A DNA stretch of 26,570 nt. It comes from Welwitschia mirabilis. Its lineage: Eukaryota. This document shows, piece by piece, positions 11,697-21,989 of the stretch (the stretch's first letter is position 1; every line of letters starts with the position of its first letter). The notes beneath the pieces are model-generated. The model was not told the DNA's origin. It was given only the letters and a program-made list of their open reading frames with translations, and ran no database searches. A program made the position numbers and the translations under genes. The stretch covers positions 9,156,070-9,182,639 of the forward strand of contig JBOZIK010000001.1 in the NCBI GenBank assembly GCA_051453625.1. The letters are read 5' to 3'.

Positions 11697-11927
11697 CATG
11701 GCTAAGGGGGAATATGCAAGAACTCTTAGTAGTAGTTAGGAACTTACTACAAAACTTGAATAAAGTAAACTTGATGACTTAACCATTAAAATATTCAAGT
11801 TCACTTCATTAAGGGTAGTTAGAATGTTCTAGTAAACTTTGTAGTAGTTGATTTTTCAACTATTATTAGGAGTTCTTGCATGTTCTTTATTATTTATCTA
11901 AGTATCTTTCTTAGGTGCTTAGCCATG
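11697..11927 (+). other. Long imperfect inverted repeat (fold-back)
   Basis: CATGGCTAAG (11697-11706) pairs perfectly with CTTAGCCATG (11918-11927). 11710-11737 pairs with 11858-11885 over 28 bp. Inner arms: ~11741-11757 with ~11834-11849, and 11763-11774 with 11795-11806. Confidence 0.85.
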
Positions 11928-12499
11928 GATCTTTTGTATAAAATGGTGGAAGATAAATCCTAATTGTTTTATAGATTTCTTATGGATTGAAAACAAGAAG
12001 CAAATAAAAAATAGAATACTAAGATTCTCCAACCATACTGCAAGATTAAGTTTTTCTGCTTGAATATTAATACATAATTGAAGTCCTAGATATATAGGAG
12101 AGTTTTTATTATTGATGTAATCAAGTAAGTTGTATGTGAAGTAATTTTAGCTATCTATAATTTTAAAGTTTAGTCTAGGTAATTGTAAAAAAGTCTTTGA
12201 TGATATACAACTTTTAAAAAATTTTCAATTGCTACTAGGTACATTAGATGACTTTTACTTCATATGATTATGCGTAGTATATACTTTAAATTCATATATG
12301 TAATACCTCAACTCTAATTACTCTTATTAAGTATCATTATTTTAATTGAGGGGATTTAAATTAATTAGAATGCTTAGTGAAACCTAGGATCAAGTTAGAC
12401 ATATACTTTATCAGTATGATTATATATATTTAAGAAAAAAGGATCTTACAAATATTTCTTATGAAGTTAAATATAAATTATTTTGGTTCAAATTAGAAT

Positions 12500-12643
12500 A
12501 GAAGGAATTAGATAAATAATTAGAGGTAGATCTCAGACAAATTTCTATATCACTTTCTTTATAGAAATTACTAAAGGTTAACTAGATATATAAGAAGGCG
12601 TTTGATGACCTAATCAAAGGAAATAGGAAAAGGAATTTTTAGA
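12500..12643 (+). pseudogene. Element C, gag-protease linker 5' of the element A insertion
   Basis: EVDLRQISISLSL*KLLKVN*IYKKAFDDLIKGNRKR resembles the Athila-type pre-protease segment (xxxKQVxINIPLxxxIxxxPxYxKFLKDLxxxKRK) and continues after the TSD at 18222. Left boundary not defined. Confidence 0.55.
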
Positions 12644-12648
12644 GAAAG

Positions 12649-13065
12649 TGTAATATTCCAAATTCACTATTTGTAAAATAAGTATGTCAAAGAACTAAAT
12701 GAGCATAATTAACAAAGATATAAATGGATGTGACCCAAATATGTAAAGATGTATCCTTTCATTATGCTACTTGAGCCTATGGTATTAGGTAGGGGTGGAT
12801 AGACTAGGTGGATGTAACTAACAATAATCTTGGCTGATCTTGAAGGGTTCTAAGAGTGGGATTTATATCATAGTCAACGTCTTTACCTTTAACCACTAGT
12901 CCAAGGCTATTGACTGATCATGACGAGTGTAATTCGTTGAGTCTAATAATAAAATCTACATTCTTTCCAAATTATTCCTTGTTATTCCTATTGATCCTAG
13001 CATATTGCTTTACATGTTCCTTTTTATGAAAAATTAATTCAAAATTAGTAAAATGAAACATTACA
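12649..13065 (+). repeat. 5' LTR of element A
   Basis: Starts TGTAATATTCC and ends AAACATTACA. Aligns without gaps to 17800-18216 (about 73 mismatches in 417 bp by hand count). Confidence 0.97.
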
Positions 13066-13067
13066 TT

Positions 13068-13079
13068 TGGTATCAGAGC
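13068..13079 (+). promoter_or_regulatory. Primer binding site (tRNA-iMet) of element A
   Basis: TGGTATCAGAGC 2 nt after the LTR-terminal CA; this is the canonical plant initiator-Met PBS. Confidence 0.95.
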
Positions 13080-13208
13080 ACACAACAAAGTAGTAAACTA
13101 CTACTTTGAGGAAAAACAAGGAAGGAACCTAGTTTCATAAATATGCAAAGTTCTGCATTAAGAAAACAAGTCCAAAGGCAAATAGTACATAAAGAAAAGA
13201 TATGATAA

Positions 13209-16200
13209 ATGAAAAAAACAAGGCACCAATGAAAATCAGGGTGCATAATGTCTTGATAAGTATACTTAGATCACTACTGAGGAGGAAGGAGATTCTTCAT
13301 AGAGAATAGAACTAGGTTGTATCCTATGTGCCTAGGATAGGAGGCTCCGCACCACTTGGAATGACTTCCATCCCAGTAAGTTAGCTGGGAACCACTGTAG
13401 TACTAATTTTAACTGAAGAAGAACCTACTATAGAATCTACCCTAGTAATGAAGTATGATTTCTTATAGAGCTTGATGTAAAGCTTGATATAAGCTAATAG
13501 TATCCCCAATAAATGCTCCTTTAAAAGCTAATAGTGTCCCCTATAGAACATCTAGATGAGACTACTAAGCACACAGGCCAACTTCCAAGCCTTCCTGTCA
13601 AATCAAGTCAGTCACTTCAACATAGAATAATGTGAAGGAGAGAAGATTACTAAAATGATATGCCTAAAAATATATGAAGGCAAAGCAAGAATAAGCGAAG
13701 AAGCCATATCTTAAATCTATAAATAGAAAACTCCTTTGATCTTTGGAATGTCCACTACAAAGATAATGCACATATGTTACTGCCTTTTTAGCAGAAAATA
13801 AATAAGAATGATAGTCAAGATTCCAACAAAAACATCCCCAAAGGATACCCTGAAATACCTTCATAGAATAATTGAAAAAGAAATTCATTTCAGAAGATTT
13901 CATTGAAGACCAAATGGTGGAGTTTCAATGCCTCTGCTTGAGAAAATATCCATTAGATGAACATTGGTATAAATTCCAGTGCCTCATGAAATATCAAAAG
14001 AACTTTACCAAGAAGTAGTTGATTAACAATTTTATTGAAACTTTACCACCCAAACTTAGAAGCGTCTTATGCACCTTTGAGATTAAATTCATTGAAAACG
14101 CTTACCACAAAATAAAACATTATCTTTAAAGGCAAGAAAATCGATGGACTGAGCTCCATCATCCATAAGTGGATAGACACAATATGCTCAATACACCATT
14201 AGCATGACAACCATATAGAACAAACCTTACTTGCTATGAATGTTATAAGAAGGGTCACATTGCTAGAAATTACCCTTCCAAAGCATAAGCACTAAATCTT
14301 CCTTAGCACAGTTGGCCTCAAGATTTACAGAATCAAGGCATATAACCTAAAAGGATATATGCTACCATCCAAACAAGTGTGATTCATAACTAGTAATCAT
14401 GATCAAATTTCACTTTTTTTTATATATTTCTTATTTCATTCCTAGTTGATAGTGGTGCCTCATACAACTTCATTTCACCAACATTATTTTACAAACTAGA
14501 CATCACTCCATTCAAGGAACAAAAATCTACCATAAGGGTTGTAGGGGATAGTTTTCTTACATAAGACAGGACCGTTGTCCTCATCAATTACAACATTCGT
14601 GAATCACATTTAAGGATAAATTCTATGTTTTTCAAATTAGGGAGTACCATGCATTTTAGGGATTTTCTTCTTAGTCAAATATAATGTTTGAATTAATTTT
14701 CGCTAATGCATGCTACTACTATCAACTTTATTTAGAGAATGAATCTAAAAAAGGAGGGAAGAAATAAGAAGATATATTTGACCACATCTAAACAGATCTC
14801 AAAAGTTGTTAAAGGAAGCAAGCCTTCATTGTCTTGGTGCAAGGAAAAAATCATAAAAAAAATCTCACTCTACCATAAGGACTACAAGAATTCTCTAATG
14901 TATGTGAAGACTCAAAAATACTCCCATCCAAGATAAAAGTATAGTACACAATTGACTTAGTTCCTAGAGCATAACTAATAGCTCAAGAACCTTACCAATT
15001 CTTAATGATAGAACTAAGAGAACTGAAACTATAAATTAAGCAGCTACTTTTAAAAGTAAAAATTCATCTTAGTGTGTTACCATAGGGATCACTGGTAACC
15101 TTTGTAAAGAAAAAAAATGGTTCTTGCAACTTTGCATTAACTACAAGTAGCTAAACAAGGTAACCATCAAAAATAGGTATCCACTACCAAGAATCAATGA
15201 CTTATTAGATAAACTTCAAGAAGCTAAATTGTTTTCAAAGATCGACTTAAAGTCTATATATCATCAAATCCACATTAAGAATGAAGACATCTACAAAATC
15301 ACCTTTAGAAACTTCAATTTAATAAATGCTTTAGCTACTTTTATGAGTTTGATGAATGATATTGTCTAACCTTATTTAGATAAATTCATAGTTGTATTTT
15401 TAGATAATATTCTAATATATTCCAAGAATCAAGATGATCATGTTTCACACTTGAAGAAAGTTCTACAAGTTCTATCCAAGCATAATTTCAAAACCACATT
15501 AAGCAAATGTAACTTCTTTTAGATATAAATTAGCTACCTAGAACATGTTATCTCTAATAAAGGAGTCACAACCAATATAGCCAAAATACAAGCTATAAGG
15601 AAATGGTTAGAACTAAAGGATGTCACATAAGTTCGAAGTTTCATAGGGGTCGTTGGCTTCTATAAAAAATTCATCCTAGGATTCTCTCAACTTGCAATTG
15701 AAATATTTGACCAAATCAACATCCACATTCGACTTTAATAATAAATGCAAGAAATCATTTCTCAGATTAAAGCTACTACTTACAATAGCACTTATTCTTA
15801 GAATCGCAAATATGAACAAATCATTTACAGTCATCATCGATGCTTCTACCCAAGAAATAGGAGTCATACTTAGCCAAGATGATCAGGTGATTACTTACAA
15901 ATAAAGAAAGCTAAACCAACATGAGAAGAACTATCCTATTCATGATCTTGAATTACTAGCCATAATACGTGCCTTAAAAGTTTGAATACATTATCTTATG
16001 AAAAGCAAAGTCTTACTCAAAGTAGATCATAAAATCTTAGAATATTTTCAGAAACAGCCTCTTTCAAATATGCAACAGAGGAGATGGAACAAGTTGCTTG
16101 TAGAATACAACTTTAAATTATAATATACCCTAAGAAAAGAGAACAAAGTTGTGGATGCCCTAAGCAGAATGTAATGCTTCATAGCAACCAATGTTACATC

Positions 16201-17623
16201 AGATCTATCAGCTTTCCTTAAAACATCTTTAGCTAATGATTCATACTTCAAGGACATACATCAACTAATTCAAGAAGAAGAAGAAGTAGATACTTACATG
16301 CTCTTGTGGAATGAATCTCTCAAAAGGATGATGCCTTTGCATTCCACAAGGTCTATGGAGAAGGAAGTTAATGTCTGAACTGCATGAAGTCCCATATGCA
16401 GGATACCCCAAGCTCGTTAAAAATTATTACCAACTATGAAAACACTACTTTTGGTACAAAATGAAAGAAAACTTGAAGAAATACATTTGCAATTGTTCCA
16501 TTTGCCAGTAGATGAAGATTGATTAGGGAAGACCCACATGACTCCTTCAACCTTTAGGAGTACCATAGTGGAAATAGAAAGAAATCTCCATGGATTTCAT
16601 CATTGGGCTAGCTCTTACGAAGAGACAACATGATGCAATTTTCATTTGTGTAGATAGGTTAAGCAAGATGGCTCATTTCATTATAGTTTGAAGCTCTAAT
16701 TCAATCAAAGAATTGTCCCTCTGGTTCATGAAAGACATTTGTATTATACATGGTTCATTGCAATTCATAGTATCTGATTGATATTTAAAGTTCTTATCTA
16801 AGTTCTAGCAAAGTTTCTTCCATTAATTAGGTACTAAACTTAGTTTGAACACTGCATACCATTCAGAAAAAGATGGCCAAACCAAAAGAGTAAATTGCAT
16901 ACTAGAAGATACTCTATAAGGTTACATGACTAGAAAGCCCAAACAATGGAAGAACTACCTACATTTAACCGAGTTTGCTTACAATCAGATGTTCTAGGCT
17001 CTCATTCGATGTTTACCATTTAAAGTAATGTATAGTAGGAACTGTGTCACCCCTGTCACCTGGTCAGATCCTCCACAGGGATTAGGAAAAATGGCATCCT
17101 CAGAATTAAAAATAATGGAAGATGTAACTATTAAAATAAAAATACAACTACAAGTAGCACAAGATCAATATAAGACATATTATAATCAGAAACATCAGAC
17201 TTGCATATTCCAAATGGGTGAACAAGTATTGCTAAGAATCCAACCAGATATGAACTCCTTGGAAATAGGGAAGTACAACAAGTTTAGCCCCACAGTATGG
17301 TGGTCCATTCAAGATTATTAAAAGAATAGGGAAAAACTAGAACTTCCTCTACAAATGTCTCGAATACATCCAGATTTTCATGTGAGCACAATTAAACCAT
17401 ACCACAAAGATGGGAACTATGACTACACCTTAAATTAATAACATGTTATGCTCAAACCTAACCTAACTTTTGCTGTTTAACTAGAAAAAGTCCTACATAC
17501 CAGAACTAAGTAATTAATGAATAAAAATGTAAACAAAGTACTTATCCAGTGGACCCATCGTAATCAACAAACTTGGGAAAATAGGAAGTACATGCAAGAG
17601 CCTTTTCTCAAACTTTTTAAATA
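13209..17623 (+). pseudogene. Disrupted gag-pol of element A
   Basis: Hand translation across stops and frameshifts. Gag core (P*NTFIE*LKKKF, ~13850). Zinc knuckle CYECYKKGHIARNY (14232-14273). Protease FLVDSGASYNFIS (~14439-14477). [18 protein letters not shown]...[11 protein letters not shown] and VVFLDNILIYSK (~14950-15550). RNase H IDASTQEIGVILSQ...HDLELLAI...VDALSR (~15830-16168). Integrase LLQPL...ISMDFIIGL...DGQTKRVN (~16380-17050). GPFKIIKRIG motif (~17300). Start coordinate approximate. Confidence 0.93.
17481..17620 (+). other. Degenerate chromodomain at the integrase C-terminus of element A
   Basis: Translation LEKVLHTRTK*LMNKNVNKVLIQWTHRNQQTWENRKYMQEPFLKLF fits the plant chromovirus pattern (PExILxxR...VLVQW...ATWE...FP). 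Confidence 0.8.
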
Positions 17624-17786
17624 AAGCATGATATACCATTTTTATGTTATTAATGTATCTCTTAATAAATGATATCTCTCTTTCTATTATGTTTTGTAGA
17701 TATTACAGAAAATAATTTGAAAGAGCATGGCTTCAGAGATGATGCAAGAAGAGGAGAAACTGCACTCGAAGATGAGCACGATGCTT

Positions 17787-17799
17787 AAGGGGGAGGGAG
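17787..17799 (+). promoter_or_regulatory. Polypurine tract of element A
   Basis: AAGGGGGAGGGAG directly abuts the TG that starts the 3' LTR. Confidence 0.95.
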
Positions 17800-18216
17800 T
17801 GTAATGTTCCAAATTTACTCTTTGTAAAATAAGTGTGCTAAAATGCTAAATGAGCGTAATTAATAAAGGTCTGAATGAGTTTGATCCAAATATGTAAAGA
17901 TGTATCCTTTCATTATGCTACTTAAGCTTATGGCATTAGGTGGGGCTGAATAGACTGGGTGGATGTAACAAATGATAACCTTAGTTGATCCTCAAGGATC
18001 CCAAGATGGCGACTCAGGTTATAGTCCATGTCTTTACCTTTGACTACTAGTCCAAGGATATTAGCTAATAATGAGAAGTGTAATCTGCTACTTCCAATAA
18101 TAAAATCTACATTCTTTTCAAATTATTCCTTGTTATTCCTATTTATCTTGGAATATTGCTATATATATTCCTTTTTATGAAAAATTAATTCAAAACTAGT
18201 AAAATGGGACATTACA
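17800..18216 (+). repeat. 3' LTR of element A
   Basis: Starts TGTAATGTTCC, ends GGACATTACA, and is followed by the TSD GAAAG. Confidence 0.97.
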
Positions 18217-18221
18217 GAAAG

Positions 18222-21200
18222 TATGCTTAAAAAGTTAAAAATTTATGATGTTAGAACACTATAGTCCTAAACACAAGAAACTAGACATTGCAATAGTTAT
18301 AGTGATGTTATAAAGTGTCCATAAATTGAAGCATTATTTGGTGGATTTGAAAGCTAGTGTTAACTTGATGCTAAAGCATATCATGAAAAGGTTGGAGTTA
18401 ATGGATAGTTATAACCAATAAACATTCACTTAGAAATAGCAGATGCATCTCTAAAAAGATTTATTATTGTGATTAAGGATTTGATTATCCAAGTGGACAA
18501 GGGATACTATCCCACTGATTTTTTGGTTTTAGAAGCAGAAACAAGTGGAAGCTATCCACTAATATTAGGTAGGGCATGGTTAGCAACTACCAATAATATT
18601 ATGTATATAAGACAAGGGATCTTGACATTGCAATTTGAGAATAAGAGATCTGATGTGAAAATTTACAATGCTGTTGATAAATGCATAGAAAAAGATGAGG
18701 TAAAAAATTATATTAAGGAATGTAATCTTCTAAGAATTATACAATATTAGAGTAAGAAAGAGCTAAATAAGTGGTTGATCCTATGTGGGAGAGAAGAATT
18801 TATAAAGGGATAAGGAGAGCAAGTTAAACTGATAAAACATTCCTCAGATTTATTCAAATTCTATGGGTTGATAGAAGAATTAATACAAGAGTAGGCTAAG
18901 AACAAAGTAATATCTGAGTATGAAATAATAGAGAAAGCCAACCGAGATCATCTCTTTTATACAAAGGGTTTGTTGAACTAGGGTGGAATCAAGCCTTCTA
19001 CTTACAATAAGAAGGGAAAAGGAATTCCACCTCTATTGGACTTGAACCCTCTACTTATAGACCTAAAATTTATGTTTTTAGATAAAAAATAATAGTAAGT
19101 GAGTAGTATTGAATTTCCACTTGCAAATTAAGCAGAACAAGAAATTGTTAGAAATTCTGAAAAGAAAAATGGAAGTCTTTGTGTGAACCCAAACGTTAAA
19201 ATTTACCTAGAACTTGGTGCTAAACCTATTAAAAAGATGCAAAGAAGTTTAAACATAGCATTGAGAGAGGTTATTAAGGAAGAAATTATTAAGCTGATTG
19301 ATGAGAAAATCATCTACCCTATCTAAAATAGTGAATGAACAAGTGCCATTCTTATGGTATCAAAGAAGAATAACAAATAATGGTGTGCATTGACTTTAGA
19401 AAACTCAATGTTGTCACTTATAAGGGTCATTTTTTCATTTCTTTTATTGATGAGGTAATTGATAGGATTTAAGGACAGGATGTTTACTATTTCTTTGATG
19501 ATCAGAGTGGCTAAACTTAACCAATTTTACTTATTTCTTTAATAATTATTCCTTTAGAAGAATGCCCTTTGACTTGTGCAACTTCCCTATGACATTTCAA
19601 AGAGCTATGACAAGTATATTTATGGTTATGCTTGATAATTTTCTATAGATTATAAATAATTTTTATATTTGGGGTAATTCTTTTGATCAAATACTAGAAA
19701 CATGAGAGAAGGTGTTGAATTGATGTATTAAGAGTGGGTTAAAACTCCACTAAAATAAATCACACCTCATGATAAAGAAGGAAATAGTGTTAGGACATAT
19801 TGTTTCGAAGGATGAAATAATTATGAGTCCTTCTAAAATTGCATTCATAAAGCAATTTCCTTCACCCACTAATGTTAAACAACTAATGTCATTTCTAGGT
19901 CATGCAATATTTTATAAAATATTTATAAAGGAACGGTCAAAACCTTGCAAGCCTTTACATTCCCTATTAGAAAAGGAAGTAGTCTTCGAGTGTGGAGAAG
20001 CATTTATGCTACTAAAATAGAAATTAATCATTGCCACTATTCTAAGAGGACCTAATTGATATTTAGATTTTTAATTAATGAGTGACACCAACAACTTTAC
20101 AACATGTGCTATATTAGGACAAAAAGTAGATTTAAAAAATCAGTAGTTGTCACTTGTTTTAGTACGACCTCGAATGAAAAATAATGCAATTATTCCCTCT
20201 TAGAATAGAAAATATTAGTTATAGTCTCAGCCTTGGATAAATTCACCCAGTACATCATTGAATATCACATCAAGGCGTACATTGATCATGTTGTTATTCA
20301 ATTATGCTAACAAAGCCTAATTTTGGTATTAGGATAAATTTTTGGATACTACTTTTATAGGAGTTTAATCTTACCATTGTATATAGGAAGGGCAGTGAGA
20401 ATTTAGTGGTTGATCACCTATTTAGGCTTCTTACCTTACTAGAACTGAGTGAAGACAATTACAATTATGAAACGTTCCTTAATGAAAGTATGTTTGTAGC
20501 GTAGGCCCAGGAAGATTTAAACCCTTGGCTTATAGATATAGTTAATTACCTAATGTGCCAACATATGCCCCAATCCTGAACTAGCTATGAGAAAAGGTTG
20601 TTTTTAAGTAAAATTAATAACTATCATTGGATTTCACCTTTGTTGTTCAAGGAATGTTTAGACAGAACTTATAGGACGTATGTGCTAAATGGAAGTAAGA
20701 TAAAATCCTTGAATTATGTCATGGAGGTATTAGAAGGGGCTTTTTTGATGGAAGAAGAATAACACAAAAAGTTATACATGTAAGATTTAATTGTTCAACA
20801 CTCTTTAGAGATGCTGATAAATTTAGTAGAACATGTGAAAGATGCCAAAAAAAGTGGACCTTTAAGTAAATGTAATACACTACCTCTTCAACTCAATTTA
20901 AAATGTGAAATTTTTAATATTTTATGACCCTTGAAACTTTTATCTTTTGGAAAATCTTACATTCTAGTTATGTCTGAATATGTAAAAAAGTGGGTAGAAG
21001 CAAGAGCTACCCAAAAGAATGATGTAAAAAACAGTATATGCTTTCATAAGAACTCATATTTTGATTAGTTTGGATTCCCATGGGTACTAATTTCTAATTA
21101 AGGAACATATTTCCTAAATAAGGTAGCATAGAACTCTTGATAGAAAATGGCATACAGCTTAGGATAGAAAATTCTTATCATACATACAGAAGTGGTTTCA

Positions 21201-21790
21201 CTGAATGTACAAACAAAGAAATGAAAAGATTACCACCCAAGTTAGTTACAAATTTTAAAGCTAGTTAGAGCACAAAGTTGAAGCAACTGATGTGGGTACA
21301 TGAGACTACTTTTTGAATAGCTTTAGTTACTATTGCTTCCTTAGTTTATGAAAAACAATCTGTGTTACTGGTAAAAGTTGCCTTTAAGTCTTTAAAAAAT
21401 CTATTACTATCTTCAACTCTGAGAATATGCAGAAGGGTGAAGAAAATAGAGTTGACCAATCACAAAAGTTAGATGAGCCTAGAATAAGTCCTTTACAAAG
21501 TTCAGTGCTTAGTAAGAATTAGATAAAACAATAATTGCATCTAAATATTATAAGAACTACTTTCCAACTAGGAGACTTGAGACTTCTCTTTGATTCCAAG
21601 ATTCATGACATTCATAATAAACTTATTTCTAGATGGTTAGAACCTTTTCAAGTAATGTCACAATATGATAATGAAGTAGTTCTCATTTTTGACAAAAATA
21701 CCATTGAAGAACATGCCCAAGTTCTAAAGGTGATTACCCTGGAAGGAGAACCCTTCATAATCCTTGAGAACCTTTCTGGCATTATTTAAT
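18222..21790 (+). pseudogene. Element C pol remnant (PR-RT-RH-INT), non-chromovirus Athila-related Ty3/gypsy
   Basis: Protease LVDLKASVNLM (18338-18370) and YPTDFLVLE...LILGRAWLAT (ORF 18469-18750). RT IYLELGAKPIKKMQRSLN...IIYPI...CIDFRKLN...FIDEVIDRI (~19200-19780) and VLGHIVS...SFLGHAIFY (ORF 19769-20020). RNase H ending *EFNLTIVYRKGSENLVVDHLFRL (~20430). Integrase CERCQ, EYVKKWVEA, FGFPWVLISN*GTYF (~20700-21300) and WLEPFQV (~21635). Many stops. Confidence 0.92.
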
Positions 21791-21989
21791 AGCAGTGGAG
21801 CTTGTCTCCACTTCTTTGTATATAAATAAATATTTATCTTTTGTTGCATTTCTATTCTTAATAAAGATATTTTGATTGGATGATTAGAGGGCCCCCAAAT
21901 GTGTATGTAAGACCTATGTTACCATTTTACATAGCACAAGGCCTTGTTATTTTTTGTGCTTGTTAAAGTGCAGGAGAATCAGTGGCTAT

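Larger units (their letters stand above)
12649..18216 (+). mobile_element. Full-length, degenerate Ty3/gypsy chromovirus LTR retrotransposon (element A, 5568 bp)
   Basis: Two 417-bp direct repeats with TGTAAT...ATTACA ends. Perfect 5-bp TSD GAAAG at 12644-12648 and 18217-18221. PBS after the 5' LTR and PPT before the 3' LTR. Internal domain order gag-PR-RT-RH-INT-chromodomain. Confidence 0.97.

Noticed and set aside
13664..16257. Antisense ORFs 13664-13903, 15676-15867 and 16048-16257
   Set aside because: They are shadows on the opposite strand of element A gag-pol and have no independent motif.
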